Source: an uncultured virus (IMG/VR IMGVR_UViG_3300011567_000001)
Taxonomy: Duplodnaviria > Heunggongvirae > Uroviricota > Caudoviricetes
DNA length: 25,008 nt
Direction: 5' to 3' (one strand)
IMG/VR virus record: IMGVR_UViG_3300011567_000001
Span: 62,001-87,008 of that record
The notes beneath the pieces are model-generated. The model had not been told where the DNA came from. It was given only the letters and a program-made list of their open reading frames with translations, and ran no database searches. Below, piece after piece: positions 7,349 through 14,820 of the stretch (position 1 is its first letter; each line of letters opens with the position of its first letter). The position numbers and the translations under genes are program-made.

Positions 7349-8226
7349 TCAGTTTTTAAAAAGAAATCCCAAGATTTTATCGATTGTAAAACTCTATCAT
7401 CTACTTGATCTTGATAGTCTTTGCATATCATATCAATGACATAAGATTTTTCCTTGTTATACCAATCATAACCCTCTTGCTCTGAATCAAAGCGCCCGCA
7501 CTTTTTAACACCTTCATAGCTTCTCAGAGATATATTGAACTTGTTCCATTTGTCCCAAAACCCTTTAGGTGGTTTTATGAGCAGACTATTAACCCTTGGT
7601 GGTATAAAAGCACAGACATCAGGACCATATTCTTTATTACCTCGTTTAATAATGTCCTTATCTAACTGCCAAGATTTCATATTAAAACCTTTTTGATCTA
7701 AACACCATTCAGCAAAGTTTTGAAAATTATGCCAGTTCTTGTCAACTGATTTATCAAAATAGTTTATAAATTCCGGGTCAATGTCGTAGCAACGACGGAT
7801 CATAGGACACCAATGTTTATACTGCTTTTTAGCATTAGCACTATTGTAATCACCAACACCCATGAATCCTACTCCACAAAACATAGGAAGATTATAATCT
7901 TGAATACGGCCTGTTTTTATATTAAAAGCGGGAAAGCAGTCAACAGTTCCTGTATTTAGGAACTTTACCATTACCTTTTCTGTATTAAAGTATTCCAGTA
8001 TTCGAACTGGGCCATAATTTATTGTATCAAATAACTCTCCTACTTTATTTTTCATAGAGTTAGTCCAATCTTTTACCTGACCTCTACGGAACTCAGTTGA
8101 GCGAATTTCAGTGGTATAACCTGTATTTAAAAATCTGACAGTGCAACGCTTACCGTTTAGCTCTATAAGTTCATAAGAGCCAAAGTTAGTAGTGTGTGCA
8201 ATCTCTCCTAGCATAAGTCTTTTCAA
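7345..8226 (-). CDS. free-standing HNH-type homing endonuclease with two N-terminal repeats
   Basis: W-x-N-F-x-N-F-x-x-W...LDKDII-x-x-GNKEYGP-x-x-C-x-FIP motif; tandem T-x-N-[FY]-G...V-[RK]-FLNTG repeats; AT-rich. Confidence 0.8.
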   Translation of the reverse strand: MKRLMLGEIAHTTNFGSYELIELNGKRCTVRFLNTGYTTEIRSTEFRRGQVKDWTNSMKNKVGELFDTINYGPVRILEYFNTEKVMVKFLNTGTVDCFPAFNIKTGRIQDYNLPMFCGVGFMGVGDYNSANAKKQYKHWCPMIRRCYDIDPEFINYFDKSVDKNWHNFQNFAEWCLDQKGFNMKSWQLDKDIIKRGNKEYGPDVCAFIPPRVNSLLIKPPKGFWDKWNKFNISLRSYEGVKKCGRFDSEQEGYDWYNKEKSYVIDMICKDYQDQVDDRVLQSIKSWDFFLKTD

Positions 8227-8253
8227 AATTAAATCTCCTAAATTTAAAAATTA

Positions 8254-8282
8254 AGAATACGACAAAGCCCCTATTGCGTCAA
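8254..8282 (-). promoter_or_regulatory. sigma70 promoter overlapping a terminator-like hairpin
   Basis: TTGACG-N17-TATTCT; AGCCCCTAT/ATAGGGGCT stem at 8266-8294. Confidence 0.65.
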
Positions 8283-8314
8283 CAGATAGGGGCTAGTATT
8301 TTCAATTGAATTTA

Positions 8315-8446
8315 TTAATCAGCAATCACCCACCGATTAGTTTTTCCTCGACGCTGATTACGAAGTTGTTTCGTTTGCTTCTTTTCCTGGCTACGTTCAG
8401 CACGATATTCAAAGTCCTTCATGCTACTAGCTTTTACAGTTTTCAT
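8315..8446 (-). CDS. small basic protein (43 aa, MKTVKASSMK...)
   Basis: Read manually; TAATG overlap with the upstream gene. Confidence 0.6.
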   Translation of the reverse strand: MKTVKASSMKDFEYRAERSQEKKQTKQLRNQRRGKTNRWVIAD

Positions 8447-8640
8447 TATTCAGATACCTTCTTAAACGGTTGAATCATGTAGTTCCAATCACCCAACTCA
8501 GGAGAGTAAAACTTCTTACCATCAATACTCATCTGAGTCACTTGGATAATGGAACCTTTACGCAGTCCGAAGCTGCTATTAGAAGTCGTGTAACGTTTGT
8601 CTTCTGTAAGTTCGTACTTACCACACGCAATCACGTTCAT
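8446..8640 (-). CDS. hypothetical protein (64 aa)
   Basis: Operon packing. Confidence 0.7.
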   Translation of the reverse strand: MNVIACGKYELTEDKRYTTSNSSFGLRKGSIIQVTQMSIDGKKFYSPELGDWNYMIQPFKKVSE

Positions 8641-8753
8641 TTCTTACTTCCTTCTACAGTGACAAACCATTGACCATTCTGTTTGAACAACTTGTGTTTC
8701 TGCCCAGCTTTGAAAAGATTGTAGCTGGTTTCGAAGGCTTGTTGAACACTCAT
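8637..8753 (-). CDS. small protein (38 aa, MSVQQAFETS...)
   Basis: Read manually; GAGGA SD; ATGA overlaps. Confidence 0.6.
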   Translation of the reverse strand: MSVQQAFETSYNLFKAGQKHKLFKQNGQWFVTVEGSKK

Positions 8754-8923
8754 TTCTGATTATCCTCGTGATTCAAGTAAACTTCAATAGCAGCTTTTAG
8801 GCAAGATTTTAGGTTGTTAAACAGTGTGGCGTTTACCTCTTGGTACTCAGAAATTTTATCAAGAAGTTCCCATGCGGCATCATTCAAGGAATCTGAGCCA
8901 AGGTCAATCTCTTTGTTTTCCAT
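8750..8923 (-). CDS. small protein (57 aa, MENKEIDLGS...)
   Basis: Read manually; GAGGTG SD. Confidence 0.65.
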   Translation of the reverse strand: MENKEIDLGSDSLNDAAWELLDKISEYQEVNATLFNNLKSCLKAAIEVYLNHEDNQK

Positions 8924-8924
8924 C

Positions 8925-9152
8925 TTAAGCCACCTCTTTTATTTGCTCTTTAACAAAACGATCAAGCATTTCAATCCCCATGAAGTTAATTACATCCTCA
9001 AGAGCTTCTTCGTCGTAGCTTACGTATACGTTACCGTTATAAATCTGAACCATTTTCTCTACAGCATAGCTATCTTCGTGACCTTTAATGTAGCTTACAG
9101 TTACGATTACGTCCAGGCAGTTAATGACGATTTCTTTCTTAAGAATGTTCAT
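8925..9152 (-). CDS. hypothetical protein (75 aa)
   Basis: Downstream of promoter 9202-9230. Confidence 0.7.
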   Translation of the reverse strand: MNILKKEIVINCLDVIVTVSYIKGHEDSYAVEKMVQIYNGNVYVSYDEEALEDVINFMGIEMLDRFVKEQIKEVA

Positions 9153-9201
9153 AATCTCTATCTCTTCATTTGTGAGCTGCTGTCTGCTGCTCTGTGATGT
9201 C

Positions 9202-9230
9202 AGTATCGTCTAATCAGAACTACCTGTCTA
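9202..9230 (-). promoter_or_regulatory. sigma70-like promoter
   Basis: TAGACA-N17-GATACT, followed by an A/C-rich leader like the other early promoters. Confidence 0.55.
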
Positions 9231-9275
9231 CTACCGTTCGTCGCCTTCAACCTAGGCCAACAACTGCATTCCTCA

Positions 9276-9542
9276 TCAGGCTTGTGACATCTTGGACAGA
9301 TTAGAAGAAGCATGGCTATCTCCTTGAGCATATTCTAGCAAAAGGTTCTTGATGTCTTCATAACGGATGACAGGTCCGGTTGGTTCTGATGCATCAAGCA
9401 AGAGATCGACAGCCCTACCTAGCTTGACTTTTAGATCATTGATCTTTTTCCTTTGTTCAGAATCATGCTCTGCAATTACTGCACGATATTTGACAGGAAA
9501 GTCCTCTTTTAAAATCGTTGAATAGAACTCATATTTGTTCAC
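9276..9542 (-). CDS. hypothetical protein (88 aa)
   Basis: GAGGAG SD; GTG start. Confidence 0.7.
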   Translation of the reverse strand: MNKYEFYSTILKEDFPVKYRAVIAEHDSEQRKKINDLKVKLGRAVDLLLDASEPTGPVIRYEDIKNLLLEYAQGDSHASSNLSKMSQA

Positions 9543-9553
9543 TTATATCTCCT

Positions 9554-9745
9554 CTAATTCACTCTAGCAATCAATTCATCCAACAACAACATCTGAAAAT
9601 CCATCAACGCTTGAGCTGCAATAGCATCAGCTTCCATCCCGTCTTGTTTGAACAGCTTTACATTCAAGCTGTTCACGTCGATTAGGATTTGCAAAGCGTC
9701 TTCTAAGTCATCGGCGCATAGCTTATAGGTGAATTCTCGGTTCAT
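9554..9745 (-). CDS. hypothetical protein (63 aa)
   Basis: TAATG overlap with the upstream gene. Confidence 0.7.
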   Translation of the reverse strand: MNREFTYKLCADDLEDALQILIDVNSLNVKLFKQDGMEADAIAAQALMDFQMLLLDELIARVN

Positions 9746-9936
9746 TATTGACCCCCTTCGCCGGCCTGGGCGCGCATGGCGGCGTCGATGGCTGCATCAT
9801 CCCAATCAGCCGGGTGCGCATCGTTCTCCCGCAGCCACCGATACCGCCCCGCATCCTTCCGCACCGCCTCCACCCGCGCCAGGGTTTCTTTAAGCTTAGC
9901 ATTCTCTTCCATCAGATCATCAATCTTCTTACACAT
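9745..9936 (-). CDS. chimeric small protein with a DAxRYRWLR...AIDAAM C-terminal module
   Basis: GGAGG SD before MCKKID; motif common in proteobacterial temperate-phage proteins; 3' part 72% GC. Confidence 0.75.
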   Translation of the reverse strand: MCKKIDDLMEENAKLKETLARVEAVRKDAGRYRWLRENDAHPADWDDAAIDAAMRAQAGEGGQ

Positions 9937-9937
9937 A

Positions 9938-10189
9938 TCAAATTCCTCCAATTGATTTAACAACTTTATTCACCAAATCACCAAGACTCTTAGATGAGTC
10001 TATCACTTGACCAGATTCTTTGCAGTGCCAAATGTCTGTCTTGTTGAATGTGTAGCCTAGGTCTTTGAGGATGCGTTGGGAGTTGGCTGTGTTTGTCTTC
10101 CAATTGTTACTATATTGCATGTCTATCAATCCAACCATGTCAATTTTGCGACACGGCAATCTTTTCCTTACATAGTAAACATGTTCCAA
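9938..10189 (-). CDS. hypothetical protein (83 aa)
   Basis: GAGGT SD; TTG start. Confidence 0.6.
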   Translation of the reverse strand: MEHVYYVRKRLPCRKIDMVGLIDMQYSNNWKTNTANSQRILKDLGYTFNKTDIWHCKESGQVIDSSKSLGDLVNKVVKSIGGI

Positions 10190-10270
10190 TACTCTAGCGC
10201 TACCTCATAAACAAAAGGTCCTTCAACTTCGTATGCACCGTAAAATTCTTGGACCACTACAAACAAGCCT

Positions 10271-10525
10271 TCAATTTTGTCCATCATAAATCTCCTTAAA
10301 CTCTAGAATGAATTGTCGGTATGCCTTGTCTTCTGCACTCATCTTAGCTAAGTCAGATTCTGATGCCAACACCCAAGGATTGATAAAGTTTTCTATCACA
10401 TTCTTAGAATCGATAGCTATTGCATATCGTAGATCGTCTTTTGCCATCAGACGGTCAGGGGACTCTTTGGTTGGGATTGAGTTGAGGAGGTTCATCAGAT
10501 CACTCACAGAAAATCCTCTATCCAC
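10271..10525 (-). CDS. hypothetical protein (84 aa)
   Basis: Operon packing. Confidence 0.65.
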   Translation of the reverse strand: MDRGFSVSDLMNLLNSIPTKESPDRLMAKDDLRYAIAIDSKNVIENFINPWVLASESDLAKMSAEDKAYRQFILEFKEIYDGQN

Positions 10526-10695
10526 ATATCAGAATCTTTCTTTGCCACGTACTCAGGATTTGACTCCCAATACTTTTGATAATTTGCCTTACGCCAAGCC
10601 AAAGTATCTTTAGCAAAGCGATAATTCCAACTCTTGTAGCCAAACTCCTCAAAGAACCACAAGATGTACCTGACCTGCCAAATTAATTTTTTCAT
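10504..10695 (-). CDS. hypothetical aromatic-rich protein (63 aa)
   Basis: GGAG SD; ATGA overlap. Confidence 0.65.
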   Translation of the reverse strand: MKKLIWQVRYILWFFEEFGYKSWNYRFAKDTLAWRKANYQKYWESNPEYVAKKDSDMWIEDFL

Positions 10696-11051
10696 ACCGT
10701 ATACTCCACAGATTTAATGTTAGAGAATTCCTGTATTGCTAGCGTGCAGGCAGCACAAGGCATAGCTAAACAAGGAACTCCTTTGCTGTCAACACGGGCG
10801 ACAATTAATTTCACACCACGCCGCTTCCGATCCTTTAGCAATGCCGCCACTTCGCTGTGGAGGTAGCATTTCTGTGGATTGCCAGTCCTACGACCATAGT
10901 TAAACATGCTTGTGTGGGTCTTAGAATAGCTGTTAGATGCTTCCGATACCATCCTACCTTTAGCATCCAATACAACGCACCAGAGGCGTTTCTGACCCCT
11001 TATAAACGGGATTTGAGATGCCTTCTCTATGCAGTAGTCAAGATTGCTCAT
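10692..11051 (-). CDS. Zn-dependent cytidine/dCMP-type deaminase-fold protein
   Basis: HSE...PCAAC (HxE / PCxxC) motifs. Confidence 0.8.
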   Translation of the reverse strand: MSNLDYCIEKASQIPFIRGQKRLWCVVLDAKGRMVSEASNSYSKTHTSMFNYGRRTGNPQKCYLHSEVAALLKDRKRRGVKLIVARVDSKGVPCLAMPCAACTLAIQEFSNIKSVEYTV

Positions 11052-11265
11052 TTTCCCTGCTCTTCAAATAGCTTACCAAATCGTTATACTGATCAAACAT
11101 ATCAGAATAAAGCTCAGCCGACACAGGCATGTGAGCAACAGCAGAGATGAACCCTCTTAGCTCACTTAGCAGAGTATCACGAATGATGAAGAACTCAGGC
11201 TGGCGAGCTTGGTTGATACGAAATTCTAGCTCACGGAGTAGACGGGTTTGGTTTTCGATGTTCAT
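11038..11265 (-). CDS. hypothetical protein (75 aa)
   Basis: AAGGGGA SD. Confidence 0.7.
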   Translation of the reverse strand: MNIENQTRLLRELEFRINQARQPEFFIIRDTLLSELRGFISAVAHMPVSAELYSDMFDQYNDLVSYLKSRENEQS

Positions 11266-11267
11266 GG

Positions 11268-11510
11268 CTATTCCCCTTTATTGTCATAATCAATAAACAT
11301 ATCACGCTGTCTCAACAGCTGGTCAGCATACAGATATGCAACACCACAGACAGCCTCTTCAGCACGGCTAGCATTAGGACCTACAGTAGCGATCAAAGCT
11401 TGCATAGCCTTAGCTGCGAAGTAATCACGAAGGCTCATTCCATTAGAGGGACGAAGGGAGTGTGTACCTTCAAATGGAAAAGCATTGCCACCAGTTTCAT
11501 TTTTACTCAT
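11268..11510 (-). CDS. conserved phage protein (GGxAFP...GMSLRDYFAAKAMQ family)
   Basis: Recognisable widespread phage motif of unknown function. Confidence 0.8.
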   Translation of the reverse strand: MSKNETGGNAFPFEGTHSLRPSNGMSLRDYFAAKAMQALIATVGPNASRAEEAVCGVAYLYADQLLRQRDMFIDYDNKGE

Positions 11511-11911
11511 ATCTTTTTACCCCTGTACTTATAGAAATCAGGCTTTGCATTGATCCTTTCGGCAATTCTGTCTCGGTTGATAAGGATTGCTTCTGGTGTT
11601 GGTGTGCAGTCTAGCAAGCTCCAGTCAGGAAGGCAAGCATAGCGACGTGACCATTCGTCGATGTCAAAGCTGTAGTTGAAACCCCTGTCATACCACTCTG
11701 CTAACAGGTCAAGTGCTCTGCCGTAGATGTATGTGGCTTTATCTAGAAAGAATTTGCAGTGACCCGTACCCAGGACGTATTGACTTGGTATGTCTTTTGG
11801 TTTTCTTGCACACTTCTCAATCAGCATAAAGATTCTAGTTATCTCCCGTAGCTCAGCCAAGCAGTGGGCATCGGTCAGTTCGGTAACAGGCACGCAATTC
11901 ACTCTAGTCAT
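11507..11911 (-). CDS. denV: pyrimidine-dimer DNA glycosylase / endonuclease V
   Basis: MTRVN...AELREITR aligns with the T4 DenV N-terminus (Thr2, Arg22, Glu23, Arg26); LGTGH-x-KFF motif; start moved to the ATG at 11911. Confidence 0.9.
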   Translation of the reverse strand: MTRVNCVPVTELTDAHCLAELREITRIFMLIEKCARKPKDIPSQYVLGTGHCKFFLDKATYIYGRALDLLAEWYDRGFNYSFDIDEWSRRYACLPDWSLLDCTPTPEAILINRDRIAERINAKPDFYKYRGKKI

Positions 11912-11958
11912 ATCAATACCTTCAATAATCACTATCAATGAAAACAATAATCCATTTG

Positions 11959-11987
11959 TTGCAGATTAGAGCTTTCCGTTATACAAT
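11959..11987 (+). promoter_or_regulatory. sigma70 promoter firing into the non-coding structured region
   Basis: TTGCAG-N17-TACAAT. Confidence 0.55.
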
Positions 11988-11993
11988 GGTTGT

Positions 11994-12445
11994 TGGATTA
12001 TTTCCATGGGCGTTTACCACGGTTTCCCCAGCCTTAGCAGGTAGAAGCAAAACCCGCCATAACTGGTTTGTTGAGGTCAGTATAGTTGATGCTGACCGAT
12101 GATGCAAGACCTTTTAAAACAAAGTGGAGGCTCTGAATAGCCGCAACCTCCGATGCTGCCCAACGAGCCCGGCACCTGTACAACTGAATGAGAAGGTACG
12201 ATGCTTTCTCTGGCATGTCAAGGACTGATGTGCTTCCTGCGATAGTCGTAGGTTGTATGGCCCTAGAGGGTTAAATCTAGGGAGATGACATGTTCCATGG
12301 GAAAGGACATGAAGCTTGATTAGCTGTCAGGCTTAGGTATACTGGATTCTGTATAGACCCTCACTAAGGTCTAGCTTGTAGCTGTGATGAACCCCTCTGG
12401 TTCGGAGCTATGGGCAGCAGATGAAGGTGATCTTGTGCACCCTAA
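11994..12445 (+). ncRNA. putative large structured non-coding RNA (unassigned class)
   Basis: No credible ORF; more than 10 helices including nested long-range pairs; G-U wobbles favour the plus strand; ends are approximate. Confidence 0.6.
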
Positions 12446-12450
12446 AGAAA

Positions 12451-12479
12451 AGTATAAAGCTATCACTCATCCCTTTCTA
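12451..12479 (-). promoter_or_regulatory. sigma70-like promoter (leftward)
   Basis: TAGAAA-N17-TATACT. Confidence 0.45.
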
Positions 12480-12505
12480 ATAAAATCTTTCAATCCATAA
12501 ATCCC

Positions 12506-12533
12506 TTGCATCCTCATCAGATCGTGGTAATCT
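12506..12533 (+). promoter_or_regulatory. sigma70 promoter for the rightward operon
   Basis: TTGCAT-N16-TAATCT with extended -10 TG; A/C-rich leader. Confidence 0.65.
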
Positions 12534-12572
12534 AGACCTATCGAAAGCAAACACACCAATGAGGTGAGCGAG

Positions 12573-12953
12573 ATGATTATTGTTAAAGTAGATAGTGAGT
12601 TTGGTAGCTATCACAAATTTGTAAACCAAGGCTTTGATGTTCACTCAGCTTACCATCACATTGATTCTTATGCAGAGCCGATAAATTCCAAAGACTGGTC
12701 GGCATGCCCTTGCTGCAAGCTTAAGCCTAGGGTATGGATATTCGACAATGGTCGTTCTACAGCTTGTGGGTGCTGGAACAGTCGTTACGAAATCTTCTCT
12801 GTCAAGGCCGAGTCAATCATGTCTGTTTACAAACGTACCGGTATGACTGCCGAGTACGATGCGGATGCACTACGCAGGAACTGGAACGAATACTGCGCTA
12901 CAGAAATTAACCCTTGCAACCATGCAGACCTTTTGCTAGAATCTAAATGGTAA
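12573..12953 (+). CDS. Cys-rich putative Zn-binding protein (weak Lar-like pattern)
   Basis: CPCC...CGC...RNWN; GAGGTG SD. Confidence 0.7.
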   Translation: MIIVKVDSEFGSYHKFVNQGFDVHSAYHHIDSYAEPINSKDWSACPCCKLKPRVWIFDNGRSTACGCWNSRYEIFSVKAESIMSVYKRTGMTAEYDADALRRNWNEYCATEINPCNHADLLLESKW

Positions 12954-12974
12954 ATCTACCAGTGGGTAAGTATC

Positions 12975-13253
12975 ATGAACTGCCAAGAAAAACGCAAAGC
13001 AATCCGTGACTACATCAGCAACATTGTGGACCAAGATTTTTATACGGTCGTATTCACCAAGAAGACCACTGGTGAGGTTCGGACCATGAATGCCCGCCAG
13101 AACGTTAAAAAGCACAGTCACGGTGGTGTCAACCCTTGTGCAGGTAAAGATGATCTGCTCCCTACCTTTGATGTAAAGATTGGTCAGTATCGCACGGTAT
13201 GGGTTGACGGGATTCAAGAGATTCGACATAATGGTTCTGTGATTCGATTCTGA
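12975..13253 (+). CDS. WYL-like / Sm-like SH3 beta-barrel protein
   Basis: V-x-F-T-K-K-x-x-GE-x-R-x-M...F-D-x-x-x-x-x-Y-R pattern typical of phage WYL_2-like proteins. Confidence 0.65.
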   Translation: MNCQEKRKAIRDYISNIVDQDFYTVVFTKKTTGEVRTMNARQNVKKHSHGGVNPCAGKDDLLPTFDVKIGQYRTVWVDGIQEIRHNGSVIRF

Positions 13254-13266
13254 TAGGAGATTTTCG

Positions 13267-13521
13267 ATGAGTTTTGTAACTATTAAAAGGAAAAATGGTA
13301 CATTTAGGTATTGGAATTCACCCGTTAAAAACGACAACACCTCTTTACAAACAGATTATCAAACAGCAGAACGATATATTCTGTCAAGCTACCTTCCGAT
13401 TCATTGGAATATTTGTCAGAAAGTGCTCGATGGATATGAGCTAAAGTATCCTCTTGATATTTATGGAATTGCCCATCTAAGACTGATTCTTGAAGATAAG
13501 ATGACCGGAGAATTTAAATGA
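13267..13521 (+). CDS. hypothetical protein (84 aa)
   Basis: AGGAG SD. Confidence 0.7.
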   Translation: MSFVTIKRKNGTFRYWNSPVKNDNTSLQTDYQTAERYILSSYLPIHWNICQKVLDGYELKYPLDIYGIAHLRLILEDKMTGEFK

Positions 13522-13718
13522 CTCTTAACCAGCTTGACATGTTGAATGCAGAAGAACTCTTGGAACTTGCTCGTGATAATGTCTTGGCCGTTGATGGGTA
13601 TAACATGAGCGAGATTGTCATGAAGGTTGCTGATTGGAAATACAAAGAAGGGTGGGAAGAAGGCTCTCAGGACGGTTATCGTAGGGGTAAGCTATATGGT
13701 TTCCGAGATAACTATTGA
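13518..13718 (+). CDS. hypothetical protein (66 aa)
   Basis: GGAG SD; ATGA overlap. Confidence 0.7.
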   Translation: MTLNQLDMLNAEELLELARDNVLAVDGYNMSEIVMKVADWKYKEGWEEGSQDGYRRGKLYGFRDNY

Positions 13719-13902
13719 ACAATCTCACCAAGAGCTATATGATGCTTGCAAATCTATCCTGGTGATGTTAGACTTTTACGAAGAACTACAGCTTGAGGTG
13801 GAATGGTTTAGGATAGATAGTCCTAGGCTGATTGTGATTAGGCAAGCTGTGTTAAATGCTGAGAGATTATTAGAGGAGATGAGTGATGGTAAATCAATTT
13901 GA
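13696..13902 (+). CDS. hypothetical protein (68 aa)
   Basis: AGGGGT SD before MVSEI. Confidence 0.65.
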   Translation: MVSEITIEQSHQELYDACKSILVMLDFYEELQLEVEWFRIDSPRLIVIRQAVLNAERLLEEMSDGKSI

Positions 13903-14077
13903 TGCACAATGTCAGCTATTCTATGATGCTTTAGAAAGCATGCCTATTAGCTTCTTGAATGAGCTTGCGGAGAATCTTCCTGTCTATGTTCAACAGCGAA
14001 AGCTTAAAGCGGCTGATGCTTTGATTGAGGGGAAGCAGAGGATGTTGAAACGGGCACATTTAAAGGTGGTGAAATAA
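13886..14077 (+). CDS. hypothetical protein
   Basis: GAGGAG SD. Confidence 0.7.
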   Translation: MVNQFDAQCQLFYDALESMPISFLNELAENLPVYVQQRKLKAADALIEGKQRMLKRAHLKVVK

Positions 14078-14268
14078 TGGCTAAGGAAATGATTTGGACA
14101 GGCGGCTTTGCTATTTGGATGTTCTTGTGCGGATATATCACAGGCATTCCTTTTAAGGCAGATCAGCGACTACTTGATGAGGCTAAGACTGTATTGGCTG
14201 AATGTCAAAAGAACTTACCTCGTAGTCAAGTATGCGAACTGACGGCTAAAGTGAAGGAGAGCAAGTGA
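14077..14268 (+). CDS. small N-terminally membrane-anchored protein
   Basis: Hydrophobic N-terminus; C-x-x-x-LPR-x-Q-x-C motif. Confidence 0.7.
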   Translation: MAKEMIWTGGFAIWMFLCGYITGIPFKADQRLLDEAKTVLAECQKNLPRSQVCELTAKVKESK

Positions 14269-14426
14269 TGAATATGAAAAATGCTATTGTGGCTGCTTAC
14301 GTATACGCCTATGAAGCAGGTATTATTAACTCTCGTGAAGAAATGCTTGAGAAGCTTGTTATTGAGCTAACCAAACAGCTTGAGCGCATGGAACAGCAGG
14401 AAGCTCTGCGAGTAAGTAAAAAATGA
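14268..14426 (+). CDS. small protein (52 aa)
   Basis: Read manually; AAGGAG SD; TGATG overlap. Confidence 0.65.
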   Translation: MNMKNAIVAAYVYAYEAGIINSREEMLEKLVIELTKQLERMEQQEALRVSKK

Positions 14427-14542
14427 TCACTATCGCCAGCTATATTTTGCTGAACTATTATGTGGGGACAACCTGGAGCGGGTGGTTGATGGTATTGCCT
14501 GTATTGCTGGATTTGGCGCTGATTGATAGGATTAGTAAATGA
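14423..14542 (+). CDS. small hydrophobic protein (39 aa)
   Basis: Read manually; ATGA overlaps at both ends. Confidence 0.55.
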   Translation: MITIASYILLNYYVGTTWSGWLMVLPVLLDLALIDRISK

Positions 14543-14820
14543 ACAAAGGATTTGAAATTACTTCGCTTAAACAAAAAGATATAGCTGAGTATTTCAAAAG
14601 TGCACCTGAATGGGCACAGTGGTTAGCAAAGGACAGAGATGGGATTTGCTATTGGTTTGAAAACCAACCAAAGTATAATAAACGAGGAAATTGGAAGGAT
14701 ATAACCCCAGACGGTAAGGTTAAGCTTTGTGGTAAAACTTCTTTGAATACAGGTAAGTATCTTTGGAGCAGAGATGGTAAAATGGTCCAAGGTGAATCAT
14801 ACGGGAGGGCCAGTAAATGA
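14539..14820 (+). CDS. hypothetical phage protein (APEWA-x-W-x-A-x-D-x-DG motif)
   Basis: Common phage motif; ATGA overlap with the primase gene. Confidence 0.7.
   Translation: MNKGFEITSLKQKDIAEYFKSAPEWAQWLAKDRDGICYWFENQPKYNKRGNWKDITPDGKVKLCGKTSLNTGKYLWSRDGKMVQGESYGRASK

Noticed and set aside
12034..12216. 60-aa minus-strand ORF inside the structured region
   Set aside because: No convincing SD and no protein-like features; better explained as a chance ORF in a structured RNA
11994..12445. Group I/II intron, RNase P, tmRNA, hammerhead or retron msr-msd identity for the structured region
   Set aside because: It interrupts no gene. It lacks P7 R/S elements, group II domain V, the RNase P GAGGAAAGUCC, tRNA-like ends and a complete CUGANGA/GAAA core. 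There is no reverse transcriptase in the window.
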